Shown here: in pieces, positions 25,678 to 33,982 of the stretch | Position numbering within the stretch: the first letter of the stretch is position 1 | How the letters are laid out: every line of letters begins with the position of its first letter | DNA from: a virus | Strand: one strand, 5' to 3' | DNA length: 35,291 bases | UHGV virus genome: UHGV-0392586 | The notes under the pieces: model-generated | Databases searched by the model: none | Told to the model about the DNA's origin: nothing | What the model saw: the letters and a program-made list of their open reading frames with translations, nothing else | Program-made: the position numbers and the translations under genes

Positions 25678-26142
25678 TTATTTTTTGGTTAACTCGACCT
25701 TTTTTGTAGTTCCCATAGCGGACGCTTCATAACTAATCACACCGTCTTTGTATGTAAATTCTTTTGTATCGTCACTTGATGCTAGTAACGCCATCCCTGT
25801 TTTTTCTTTATCGTTTTCCGATGTCCATGCGTAATCGTTAGTTGGCTCGGTTGGCGCAACGTAAGTGCCAGCCCAGTAAAGTGATTTTGTATTTCCTCCA
25901 TCAGACACCCAATTTATTTCTATTACATCATCAGAAATCGTAGCTTCTTGATATGACCCTTCGACTTCTTCTGATTTCCATGTTCCAGTTAAATTCAAAG
26001 GCTCTTTCTTCTCTTCTTTCTGGTCTGTTGTTTCTTCTGTCTTTGTTTCGGTGTCTTTGGATGGTTCGGCATCCCCACCACATGCTGTAATTGATAATGC
26101 CATAATTCCCGCTAATAGCATTGCTACAATTTTCTTTTTCAT
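25678..26142 (-). CDS. lipoprotein (signal peptide + lipobox LSITAC); candidate superinfection-exclusion protein
   Basis: MKKKIVAMLLAGIMALSITAC lipoprotein signal; located between repressor region and integrase as for Ltp-type Sie lipoproteins. Confidence 0.6.
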   Translation of the reverse strand: MKKKIVAMLLAGIMALSITACGGDAEPSKDTETKTEETTDQKEEKKEPLNLTGTWKSEEVEGSYQEATISDDVIEINWVSDGGNTKSLYWAGTYVAPTEPTNDYAWTSENDKEKTGMALLASSDDTKEFTYKDGVISYEASAMGTTKKVELTKK

Positions 26143-26270
26143 AGTTTCCTCACTTTCTTATGTACCTTAACACCACTTTACTCTATATAAACGCCGAAGC
26201 GGTTATATCGTATTATTACCATTATTTACCTGTAGTTTCCAGATCTGGAATATACTACAATAAAACCACT

Positions 26271-26468
26271 ATGAAAATACTACTCGATAAGATCATGCTT
26301 AAGAAAAATCTATCAGTCCGGCAAGTATCCATTGCGACCGGAATATCAAAATCAACGATTAACCGTATTGCAAACGGTGAAATATCACCGACAGCCGACA
26401 CGCTGGAATTGCTTGCCAAGGGCTTAAAAGTCCGAATTTCTGACCTTATCGACTCTCCATATCAATAA
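26271..26468 (+). CDS. XRE-family HTH transcriptional regulator (65 aa), possibly leaderless
   Basis: LSVRQVSIATGISKSTINRIANGE HTH; no SD before ATG 26271; TATACT -10 ~15 nt upstream. Confidence 0.6.
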   Translation: MKILLDKIMLKKNLSVRQVSIATGISKSTINRIANGEISPTADTLELLAKGLKVRISDLIDSPYQ

Positions 26469-26572
26469 GTGTCCCAGATATGGGACGATTGTCCATTTTC
26501 GCGTAAGTTTCCCGATTTTAGATTGTTAACTTAATAGAGAGGTACATAAGTACCAAAAAATAACAGAACAAA

Positions 26573-26637
26573 TGTTCGAACAAAATATTGATTTTTATCC
26601 ACTGAAATAGTATTATATGTTCAGGGATTTCGAACAT
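26573..26637 (+). promoter_or_regulatory. promoter TTGATT-17-TATTAT flanked by ATGTTC-type operators (ATGTTCGAACA at 26572-26582; ATGTTC-N9-GAACAT at 26617-26637); additional palindrome GGTAC-ataa-GTACC at 26541-26554
   Basis: Read directly from sequence. Confidence 0.5.
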
Positions 26638-26665
26638 GTGTTTTTGCAGTTAGGGGGATTGCGAA

Positions 26666-26764
26666 ATGGACTACAAAAAACTTATCATCGAATTGGTCAA
26701 CAAGTCCAACAATATTGAGGTGTTGGAACTTGTGTACCGATTCTGCATAAAGCTTTTAGGCTAG
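26666..26764 (+). CDS. small ORF (32 aa; MDYKKLIIELVNKSNNIEVLELVYRFCIKLLG) downstream of operator-controlled promoter
   Basis: RBS GGGGGA 7 nt upstream; stop inside terminator stem. Confidence 0.35.
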   Translation: MDYKKLIIELVNKSNNIEVLELVYRFCIKLLG

Positions 26765-26784
26765 GGGAAACCCTAGTCTTTTTT
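26761..26784 (+). terminator. rho-independent terminator CTAGGG-gaaa-CCCTAG + TCTTTTTT; overlaps stop codons of both the small + ORF and the convergent CI-like gene
   Basis: Perfect 6-bp stem with GAAA tetraloop and T-run. Confidence 0.7.
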
Positions 26785-27156
26785 AATTAAGCTCTCTGCG
26801 AGCTTTTCTAGGACATCCCATTCACTTTCATCCAGCTTTGCAAGAGCTTCTACTAATCTTTTTTTAAATGTATCATTTTCCATTATAAGATCAGCAGCAA
26901 AGTCTGTAATCAACTGGTCTCTTGTTAATTGGATAAACATTTCACCGTTTCCGGTTCTTAACCATTCTTCGTTCACATTGAACTCTTTACAAATCAACTT
27001 ATATAAGGATTCTTTTTGATCTGGGCGTTTCAAGCGATCGTATTCTATATTAACAATAACGCTTTCACTGACGCCAAGCCTTTCTCCAAAAACTCTCCTG
27101 GACATACTTAAGTCTTTTCTTAAGATTTCAATTCTTTCTCCTATATTTAATTCCAA
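26773..27156 (-). CDS. CI-like phage repressor (XRE HTH N-terminal domain + C-terminal domain)
   Basis: HTH ILRKDLSMSRRVFGERLGVSESVIVNIE; divergent from early promoter; own promoter TTGACT-17-TATACT overlapping operator O1; RBS AAGGAGG. Confidence 0.75.
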   Translation of the reverse strand: MELNIGERIEILRKDLSMSRRVFGERLGVSESVIVNIEYDRLKRPDQKESLYKLICKEFNVNEEWLRTGNGEMFIQLTRDQLITDFAADLIMENDTFKKRLVEALAKLDESEWDVLEKLAESLIKKD

Positions 27157-27196
27157 AAGGCTTCCTCCTTTCTGAAATCAGTATATCATTATTATA

Positions 27197-27285
27197 CTTG
27201 TTAGTCAACAAGAAAAATATTTAATTTTTTTAAAAATCTTATTGACAAACAAAATAAAACGAGTTATGATTTGTTCATCAACAAG
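27197..27285. promoter_or_regulatory. genetic switch: O1 CTTGTTagtcAACAAG (27197-27212), early promoter TTGACA-17-TATGAT (27242-27270, + strand), O2 TTTGTTcatcAACAAG (27270-27285); repressor promoter on - strand overlaps O1
   Basis: Two 16-bp palindromes with identical half-sites TTGTT; consensus -35/-10 hexamers. Confidence 0.7.
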
Positions 27286-27362
27286 AAAGCAACAACACAA
27301 ACCAAAACAAAAAAACGCTGACCTATCGGCATGACGGGGAAAAAGAAAGCGAGGTGAGAAAG

Positions 27363-27785
27363 ATGTGGGTTTCAAGACGATCATGGGATTGCTTGCTGTA
27401 TCGCATCAAAAAGTGTGAAGATGACATCAAAATTCAGAAGGAAAATACGGAGAATTTAATCAGGAATACTGCAAAAAAAATTCTTGAACAACCAGAAGAG
27501 TTGCGCGAAGAAATTCAGGGGGTTGAACGTATCGAAAAATATATCGATGAGTTTATAGGTCTTGACGAAGAAAATAAGGATAGAAAGATAAAAAAATTCG
27601 ATGTATTGAAATCCATTACTAGAGAGAAAGAGTTTTCTAATATGGTATTTGGCTTGATCGAAGTCAAAAAAACTCCTGAAGCATTTGCAGAACTTCTTGA
27701 AGAGGAGATGCCTGAAAAAGAGCTACCTCATTTAAAAGAAGCAGCTCTTAATGGTTATCCGTTGTTTTTCTCTGGCATGCAGTGA
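27363..27785 (+). CDS. hypothetical early protein (140 aa)
   Basis: RBS GAGGTG, first gene of rightward early operon. Confidence 0.55.
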   Translation: MWVSRRSWDCLLYRIKKCEDDIKIQKENTENLIRNTAKKILEQPEELREEIQGVERIEKYIDEFIGLDEENKDRKIKKFDVLKSITREKEFSNMVFGLIEVKKTPEAFAELLEEEMPEKELPHLKEAALNGYPLFFSGMQ

Positions 27786-27982
27786 GCGCATCCGTTTCTT
27801 CTGATGTCAAGCATGGAAGAAAAAACAACAGCTTCCTCATAGGAACTGCAATTAAAGATATGTTCGGACTTTATATCATTTATGCGGCAGCACGAGGTTT
27901 CGCGGTCTAAATCATGGATTTCACCAGTGTTTTTATTAAGCACATAGCGATTGCCGTTAAATGGCGAATTACAACGTCTCAT
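27755..27982 (-). CDS. Cys-rich small protein (75 aa from internal ATG with AAGGAG RBS; ORF-track start 28012), oppositely oriented inside early operon
   Basis: Minus-strand RBS GAAAGGAGCGATTTT-ATG; Cys motifs SCC...C...CAHC; 31-bp convergent overlap with upstream + gene. Confidence 0.45.
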   Translation of the reverse strand: MRRCNSPFNGNRYVLNKNTGEIHDLDRETSCCRINDIKSEHIFNCSSYEEAVVFSSMLDIRRNGCAHCMPEKNNG

Positions 27983-28108
27983 AAAATCGCTCCTTTCGTA
28001 ATACTCAGGCATGGCAGTGCCCTGTATTTACAGTATAGGAGATAAACGAAAAGAAAGCAATCCCGCCACGGAGGTTACGACGGCAATAAAAATAGGAGGT
28101 AAAAGGTA

Positions 28109-28498
28109 TTGAACGAGTTACAACAGAAATTAGACAGCCGGGAAGTGGCTGAGATGGAGAAAGCGAAAGTTGTATATTTGCTAAAATCCGTTGATAATTC
28201 CGTGAAAATTGGCGTTACGGAAGAGTTTGAAAGGCGATTAAAAGTAGTTCAAAATCAGAGCGGAAAGGTAATAGACAAGTGCTATGTAACTGGATATTGC
28301 TCGAACCCTTTTGAGATAGAAGCCGAATTTAAAAGAATGTATAAAGATAATCGCATAAACGGTGAATGGTACTCTATAGATTTCGAAGAATCAAAGCAGA
28401 TATTGAAAAGAATATTCGATGCAAAAAGAGTTGTAAAAACCAGGCGAACAAATCAAGAAAGCGGAATAGACAAACTGTTGAATTTTATTTTTTCATAG
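28109..28498 (+). CDS. T5orf172 (GIY-YIG-like / MUG113) domain protein (TTG start)
   Basis: VVYLLKSVDNSVKIGVTEEFERRLKVVQ...GEWYSIDFEE matches T5orf172 domain pattern; RBS AGGAGG. Confidence 0.65.
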   Translation: MNELQQKLDSREVAEMEKAKVVYLLKSVDNSVKIGVTEEFERRLKVVQNQSGKVIDKCYVTGYCSNPFEIEAEFKRMYKDNRINGEWYSIDFEESKQILKRIFDAKRVVKTRRTNQESGIDKLLNFIFS

Positions 28499-28510
28499 AT
28501 TGGAGGAAAA

Positions 28511-29251
28511 ATGAGCGAATTAAAAATTTTCAATAACGAAGAGTTCGGTAAAATCAGAACAGTAACGATTGACAACGAACCGTGGTTTGTGGGGAAAGAT
28601 GTGGCAGTAATTTTGGGATATAGCAATCCACAAAAAGCACTTCGTGACCATGTAGATGAAGAAGACAGGACGCTGAACGATTCGTTCACCGTGAATGGCA
28701 CAAAAGGAATTCTTATCAATGAGTCAGGACTTTACGGTTTGATTCTTTCAAGTAAACTTCCGAATGCTAAAAAGTTCAAACACTGGGTAACAGCGGAAGT
28801 TCTTCCCGTACTCAGAAAGACAGGTAGGTACAACTTGCAACAGCCACAGGGCAAAGAACTCCTCGCACTGGCGGTCTTAGAAGCGCAGAAGACCATTGAA
28901 GAGCAGACAGCACAGATTGAGGAAATGAAGCCGAAAGCGATATTTGCAGATGCTGTTGCTACCAGTCATACTTCCATCTTAATCGGCGATCTGGCAAAGA
29001 TTTTGAAACAGAACGGCGTTGAAACAGGGCAGAAGCGCTTATTTGAGTGGTTGCGTGAAAATGGGTATCTGAGTAAGAGAAAAGGAACTGAATGGAACTC
29101 GCCCACACAGAAATCTATGAATTTAGGGCTGTTTGAAGTGAAAGAGACAACAGCAGTCAATCCAGATGGCTCTGTTCGGATTAACAAAACAACCAAAGTA
29201 ACAGGTAAAGGTCAGCAGTATTTTATCAACAAGTTTTTAAATGCAGCATAA
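28511..29251 (+). CDS. phage antirepressor (Bro-N + KilA-C/ANT domains)
   Basis: N-terminal FNNEEFGKIRTV...EPWFVGKDVAVILGY (Bro-N), C-terminal KilAC-like region. Confidence 0.85.
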   Translation: MSELKIFNNEEFGKIRTVTIDNEPWFVGKDVAVILGYSNPQKALRDHVDEEDRTLNDSFTVNGTKGILINESGLYGLILSSKLPNAKKFKHWVTAEVLPVLRKTGRYNLQQPQGKELLALAVLEAQKTIEEQTAQIEEMKPKAIFADAVATSHTSILIGDLAKILKQNGVETGQKRLFEWLRENGYLSKRKGTEWNSPTQKSMNLGLFEVKETTAVNPDGSVRINKTTKVTGKGQQYFINKFLNAA

Positions 29252-29262
29252 GGAGGGTACAC

Positions 29263-29421
29263 ATGAGCGAAAAAGAGAAAGAAATTATCAGAAAAGTAGC
29301 ACAGGCATTGCCGGATATGTCCGACATGAATAAAGGATATTTTCTAGGCTTTGCGGAGGCTATGGCATCGCAGAAAAGCCAGAAAAAGGAAGAAGAAAAT
29401 GAGGACAAGGAGAATGAATAG
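29263..29421 (+). CDS. small hypothetical protein (52 aa)
   Basis: RBS AGGAGGG; first of a run of tightly packed tiny ORFs. Confidence 0.5.
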   Translation: MSEKEKEIIRKVAQALPDMSDMNKGYFLGFAEAMASQKSQKKEEENEDKENE

Positions 29422-29473
29422 GACAACATATCTCGGACAATCCATCCGTCATACATATTAGAGAGGTGGTTCA

Positions 29474-29605
29474 AGTGACTATAAAAAACATCGTAGTAAT
29501 CAACGGCAAAGAGGTAGAAATCAAGGACTTGCCGGACGCTGAACTGTTTGCAGAAAAGCTAAACCGGAAAGCTCTGACCGCAAGAAACTATGAGGAAGAT
29601 AGGTG
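29474..29605 (+). CDS. small hypothetical protein (43 aa, GTG start)
   Basis: RBS AGAGAGGTGG; stop overlaps next ORF region. Confidence 0.4.
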
Positions 29606-29609
29606 ATGA

Positions 29610-29723
29610 CATGAAGCCAGATATGGAAAAAATCATACAAGTGTTGATATCTCTAATTGAAGAGCAAGAACATGTGAAAATTGATTACACACTCGAAAAG
29701 AGGACAGAAGAGGAAACCGCTTA
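29610..29723 (+). CDS. small hypothetical protein (37 aa)
   Basis: ATG 4 nt after previous stop. Confidence 0.35.
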
Positions 29724-29745
29724 GGCGGTAGAAGGGAGGACAAGC

Positions 29746-29931
29746 ATGGAGATTAAGGGAACATACCGCTGCGACACCACCCAGCATCCAAACGCTTTAA
29801 ATAGCTGGGACATCCGGTCTGTATCGGTAGATCTGCCGGAGCAGGACAAGCCTTACTGGCACAAGGTCGCGGCATCCGTGATCGGGTTTGGACTGGCGAT
29901 GCTGGCGTGGTATCTGGTGTTTGGGTATTAA
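29746..29931 (+). CDS. small protein with C-terminal TM anchor (61 aa)
   Basis: RBS GAAGGGAGG; hydrophobic C-terminus VIGFGLAMLAWYLVFGY. Confidence 0.55.
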   Translation: MEIKGTYRCDTTQHPNALNSWDIRSVSVDLPEQDKPYWHKVAASVIGFGLAMLAWYLVFGY

Positions 29932-30016
29932 AAAAGAGTGCTGTCACAGGGCGGCAACCCTCGAGCACTCAGGCAAAAAATCAAGAATATATTAACAGAT
30001 TTTAGGAGGATAAGCA

Positions 30017-30172
30017 ATGGAAAATAAAGAAATCCCTGTAAACAGAGAGGAATATTCCCGTCTTTGCAGGCTGGACGGAAAGATGGATGCACTGATCGGA
30101 TATTTGGCATTAAAAAATGATTATGTGGAAGCGCAGATTGTGAAAGCAATTATTGGCATGGAGGACGAATGA
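30017..30172 (+). CDS. small hypothetical protein (51 aa)
   Basis: RBS TAGGAGGA; ATGA overlap with next gene. Confidence 0.5.
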   Translation: MENKEIPVNREEYSRLCRLDGKMDALIGYLALKNDYVEAQIVKAIIGMEDE

Positions 30173-30354
30173 TGTATGTAGGTATCGGACCGGAGAAAGA
30201 CACGGTAGTAACGGATGACCAAGCATTTGATTACGCACTGGAGAGATGCTTGCATGGAACACCAGATGACCAAAAAGAATTTAAAGAAATGCTGGTGGAA
30301 TGGTTTTACTCCGGGAGTTGGGTAAAGGAAGAAAGCGAGGAAACCTATGCTTAA
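30169..30354 (+). CDS. small acidic hypothetical protein (61 aa)
   Basis: Overlapping start/stop coupling. Confidence 0.5.
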   Translation: MMYVGIGPEKDTVVTDDQAFDYALERCLHGTPDDQKEFKEMLVEWFYSGSWVKEESEETYA

Positions 30355-30967
30355 AAGCTATGAAGAAATGAGGAAAGTAGATGTAAAACCATACCTCGAA
30401 AAAAGAGATGGTATGGACTATTTAAACTGGGCAATGTGCATTGATTTATTACATAAAAATGGGGCTGAAAATGTTTATTTTACTCCGATTCCAGACCCAG
30501 AAACAGGAAGTAGCCTAAGGATGACAAAAGCGGTGTTTAAAGATAAAAACGGAGTTGAAAATAGATGTTACGAGACCAGAATCCGTGTTGTGATAGATGA
30601 TCAAGTGTACGAGATGCAAACACCTGTGATGAATGGGGCAAACCCTGTAAAAGACAACTCTATGAGTCAGCAAAGAGTCTGGAACAGCATGTGCAGGGCG
30701 TTTGTGAAGTGCGTAGCAATACATACCGGCTTAGGGTTCGATTTGTGGCTTAAAGAGGAATACAACAAGATGTATGCTCAAATACCGGAAACGGGGGAAA
30801 ACAGAGCGTCTGAAGCGAAAATCAAGACTCTCAAGAATCTATGCGTATCTCACGGTATCAATCTTGAACGCTGGTTGAGAGAAAACAATAGGACTGAGCA
30901 GACACTTACCGAGACAGAAGCTGCAACAATGTTAAGCACAATAAAAAGGACTTACGGTGATGATTGA
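30347..30967 (+). CDS. Rad52-like single-strand annealing protein (Sak/DUF1071-like)
   Basis: Length, position before NinB/RusA, C-terminal ...AFVKCVAIHTGLGFDLWLKEE resembles Rad52/Sak GxG-hydrophobic motif. Confidence 0.5.
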   Translation: MLKSYEEMRKVDVKPYLEKRDGMDYLNWAMCIDLLHKNGAENVYFTPIPDPETGSSLRMTKAVFKDKNGVENRCYETRIRVVIDDQVYEMQTPVMNGANPVKDNSMSQQRVWNSMCRAFVKCVAIHTGLGFDLWLKEEYNKMYAQIPETGENRASEAKIKTLKNLCVSHGINLERWLRENNRTEQTLTETEAATMLSTIKRTYGDD

Positions 30968-31506
30968 TGAAATTCACAGGAAAATTAAAAGGCCGTTTGA
31001 TAGATTGCCACACCATCCTATTCAAATCCGAAGAGGACTTCCGACAAGCCTATGATGAGTTGAAAGATTATGAGAAATTAACGCTTGAAATAAAGCCATA
31101 CAGAGCAAAGAGAAGCCTTGACGCAAACTCTTACTTGTGGGTGTTACTCGATAAATTAGCGGAAAAGTTGGACATCACTAGGTGGCAAGCGTACCTAAAT
31201 GAATTAAAATCCCACGGTGCTTTTGAGTACATACCGCTCCGGGAAAAAGACATCTATCTGGCACAGTCAGTGTTCCGGATTGTGATAGATCGTGGAGCAC
31301 AGGAAGTAAAAGACCTAAAAGGGAGAACTGAAACATTACACACTCTGCAATGCTACAAAGGGTCAAGCAAGTATAACACAAAAGAAATGAGCAGACTCAT
31401 CAAAGGCGTGTTGGAAGATTGCAGAGAGGTTGGAATACCAGATGCAGACCTTTTGACCCCAGATGAAAAAGAAGAGCTTAGACAAAAATGGGGGATTGAA
31501 CTGTGA
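30964..31506 (+). CDS. ninB: NinB/Orf family recombination protein
   Basis: KPYRAKRSLDANSYLWVLLDKLAEKLD matches lambda NinB core RSLDQNRKLWACLGDVS. Confidence 0.7.
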   Translation: MMKFTGKLKGRLIDCHTILFKSEEDFRQAYDELKDYEKLTLEIKPYRAKRSLDANSYLWVLLDKLAEKLDITRWQAYLNELKSHGAFEYIPLREKDIYLAQSVFRIVIDRGAQEVKDLKGRTETLHTLQCYKGSSKYNTKEMSRLIKGVLEDCREVGIPDADLLTPDEKEELRQKWGIEL

Positions 31507-31883
31507 GCATTGATTACAGTAACATGGCATTCCCTAAGCCGAAGCGCAAGAAAAAGAAAAAAGGTCATCAGAGGACGTCCGGCAGACCAAAGAAGCTGTG
31601 GAGCATATTCACAGAGGATATGGATCACTGCATGTACACCGGAGTTTACGGAGTGGAGAGGCATCATGTTTTTAGTCACACATCGAAAGAAATTGAACTT
31701 TCGGAGGATTATGGTTTTATCGCTCCATTGAGACCAGACCTACATCCAAACGGAACGAAAGCGGGGAAGAATGCAGCGAAAGTTGACAGAGACTTAAGAA
31801 AACGCTGCAAGGAGTATTATTTGCAGCACTATGGAACAGAAGAGCAGTTCCGACAAGAATTTCACTATGTTAGCAAAGGGTAA
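31503..31883 (+). CDS. HNH-like nuclease-motif protein (basic N-terminus KPKRKKKKKG; C..TG...ERHH)
   Basis: Motif resemblance only; sits in nin-like recombination cluster. Confidence 0.4.
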   Translation: MSIDYSNMAFPKPKRKKKKKGHQRTSGRPKKLWSIFTEDMDHCMYTGVYGVERHHVFSHTSKEIELSEDYGFIAPLRPDLHPNGTKAGKNAAKVDRDLRKRCKEYYLQHYGTEEQFRQEFHYVSKG

Positions 31884-31993
31884 CCTTTCGCTATAAATTG
31901 TAACCCGTTCATGGCTGCACAGTACGTCACAAATACCTTAAGTAAGCCAGATTCATTGTCTCCCGGTAACTCCGGGAGCAGAAAGGAGAACGA

Positions 31994-32404
31994 ATGATAA
32001 TTACAATTCCGGGAAAGCCCGTTGGAAAAGCAAGGCCAAAATTCCGCAGAGCCGGATTTAAGGTCATTACATACACGCCGCCCGCAACCAAGAAATATGA
32101 AAAGGAAGTTGCGAGGATTTATAAACAAAGCGCAGGCGTTCTTTATACAGAGATACCTCTGAGAGTTCGAATTTTAGCGAAATTTCCGATTTCAGAGAGC
32201 TGGTCTAAGAAGAATAAGGATAGGGCTTTAAAAGGCGAAATAAAGCCGAATAAAAAGCCAGACTTAGACAACATTGCAAAAATCATTCTGGATGGCCTGA
32301 ATGGAGTCGCATATACGGATGATAAGCAGGTGACCAGTCTGGAAATCGAAAAAGTGTATTCTGATGAGCCTTGCGTGGTGGTCTATATTGCGGAGGATGA
32401 GTGA
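31994..32404 (+). CDS. rusA: RusA family Holliday-junction resolvase
   Basis: IPGKPVGKARPKF...KKPDLDNIAKIILDGLNGVAYTDDKQV typical RusA motifs. Confidence 0.85.
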   Translation: MIITIPGKPVGKARPKFRRAGFKVITYTPPATKKYEKEVARIYKQSAGVLYTEIPLRVRILAKFPISESWSKKNKDRALKGEIKPNKKPDLDNIAKIILDGLNGVAYTDDKQVTSLEIEKVYSDEPCVVVYIAEDE

Positions 32405-33231
32405 TGGCAGATAATAAGAAATACTACTATTTGAAGCTAAAGGAGAACTTTTTTGATTCAGACAGCATGGTTTTGTTGGAGAGTATGCAAGATGGCATTC
32501 TGTACAGCAACATTCTGATGAAAATGTATCTCAAGAGTCTTAAGAATAACGGAAAACTAGTTCTGAATGATGCGATCCCGTATAACACGCAAATGATAGC
32601 AACCGTAACGCGGCACCAGGTCGGCACTGTGGAAAAAGCAATTGATGTGTTCGAACAGCTCGGACTCATAGACATATTAGATGGAGGAACTATTTACATG
32701 TCTGATATCGAACTATTTGTCGGGAAATCTTCCACAGAGGGAGACCGAAAAAGAGCAGAGAGGATGAAGCTGAAACATGCTGAAAATTTAGCACTTGGAC
32801 AAATGTCCGACATTCATCCACCAGAGATAGAGATAGAGAAAGAGATAGAGAAAGAGAATAGAGATAGAGTAAAGAGAAAAGAGAAAGAAAAAGAGGCGGA
32901 AGATTTATTTGAGCGATTATGGAAAATATATCCAGAGAAAAAAGGGAAAGGTCAGGTAAGCAAAAAGAGCAAGGAAAGACTACTTGTTATTGGCTACGAG
33001 CAGTTTGAAAGAGCGATAAATCGATACAAAGAAGATTTAAAAGAAAATGAATGGAGAAAACCACAATACGGCAGCACCTTTTTTAACACCGGATATGAAG
33101 ATTATCTCGACAAAAATTATCAGCCACCAGAGAGGACGGCAAAACCGCCGGTAAGCAGAAACTTAAATAACTTCGAACGCAGAGGATACGACATGGACTC
33201 TCTGGAAGAGCAGTTGTTGAAGTCAAATTAA
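32401..33231 (+). CDS. phage replisome organizer (N-terminal phage_rep_org_N / DnaD-like) with EK-rich low-complexity linker
   Basis: YYYLKLKENFFDSDSMVLLESMQDGILYSNILMKMYLKSLKNNGKL matches replisome organizer N-terminal domain. Confidence 0.8.
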   Translation: MMADNKKYYYLKLKENFFDSDSMVLLESMQDGILYSNILMKMYLKSLKNNGKLVLNDAIPYNTQMIATVTRHQVGTVEKAIDVFEQLGLIDILDGGTIYMSDIELFVGKSSTEGDRKRAERMKLKHAENLALGQMSDIHPPEIEIEKEIEKENRDRVKRKEKEKEAEDLFERLWKIYPEKKGKGQVSKKSKERLLVIGYEQFERAINRYKEDLKENEWRKPQYGSTFFNTGYEDYLDKNYQPPERTAKPPVSRNLNNFERRGYDMDSLEEQLLKSN

Positions 33232-33242
33232 GGAGGAACAAA

Positions 33243-33974
33243 ATGAAAGAAGAATTATTTAAAATGGCACAGGAGTGCCTTTCCGAGGAAGAAGTAAAGG
33301 AAATCCTCAGAAATAAATTCAAGGAATCAATAGAATCGGCAATAGAAAAAACGTTTAGATGGGGAAAAGTAGAAAGTGCACTGAAGAAAAAAATAGAAGA
33401 AGTCATGGTGCCGTACATAGAGAAGTATGATTTTTCGGAATACCTTCCAAAGTTGGATACGGTGCTTACTGAAATTGTAAATTCTGATGCTTGCATTGAG
33501 AATAAAAAGATTCTGGAGAATTTTAAGGATTTATCAATCAAGCAGGAAGAAAAAGAGATTAAAGTCACGGATCTGTTTGAAGCATGGATTAAAATGTGCG
33601 AGAAGAAGATCAGTACAACTGGCCTGGAAGTGGAGTTTGACGATGGACCATACTACGAATCGGTCGGATGCGAGATGCGAATAGAAGAGAGTGAAAGACC
33701 TGTTTGGAGTTCTGTGCATAGGGCGGTGATTGTTTTCGAAAACGATCATGATGAAGAATTAAACATCGAGATTCCGATATCAAAATGGGATTTTGAAAAA
33801 GAGCATACACTTGATAATTTAGGATGTGTGAATATCCAGTCTCTTCGATATCTCGGGGAATTTGACATGTTGTTAATGAGATTGCAAAGAGCGGGAACGA
33901 AAATCATCATAAACGAAATGGAAGCAGATGGAGAAATATGTCCACAGGAAGAGCCGGAAGCAAGCTTTAGTTAG
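33243..33974 (+). CDS. hypothetical acidic protein (243 aa)
   Basis: RBS AAGGAGG. Confidence 0.55.
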   Translation: MKEELFKMAQECLSEEEVKEILRNKFKESIESAIEKTFRWGKVESALKKKIEEVMVPYIEKYDFSEYLPKLDTVLTEIVNSDACIENKKILENFKDLSIKQEEKEIKVTDLFEAWIKMCEKKISTTGLEVEFDDGPYYESVGCEMRIEESERPVWSSVHRAVIVFENDHDEELNIEIPISKWDFEKEHTLDNLGCVNIQSLRYLGEFDMLLMRLQRAGTKIIINEMEADGEICPQEEPEASFS

Positions 33975-33982
33975 GAGGAATT

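Noticed and set aside
32815-32900. GA-rich tandem-like repeat (gagatagag/aaagag units) that might be taken for a CRISPR or satellite
   Set aside because: Lies inside the replisome-organizer CDS and encodes an EIEIEKEIEKENRDRVKRKEKEKE low-complexity linker; no spacer-repeat periodicity, no cas genes
33928-33982. ORF-track start at 33928 for the HTH protein
   Set aside because: Lies inside the preceding gene with no RBS; the RBS-supported ATG at 33983 is in another frame, pointing to a frameshift rather than this start
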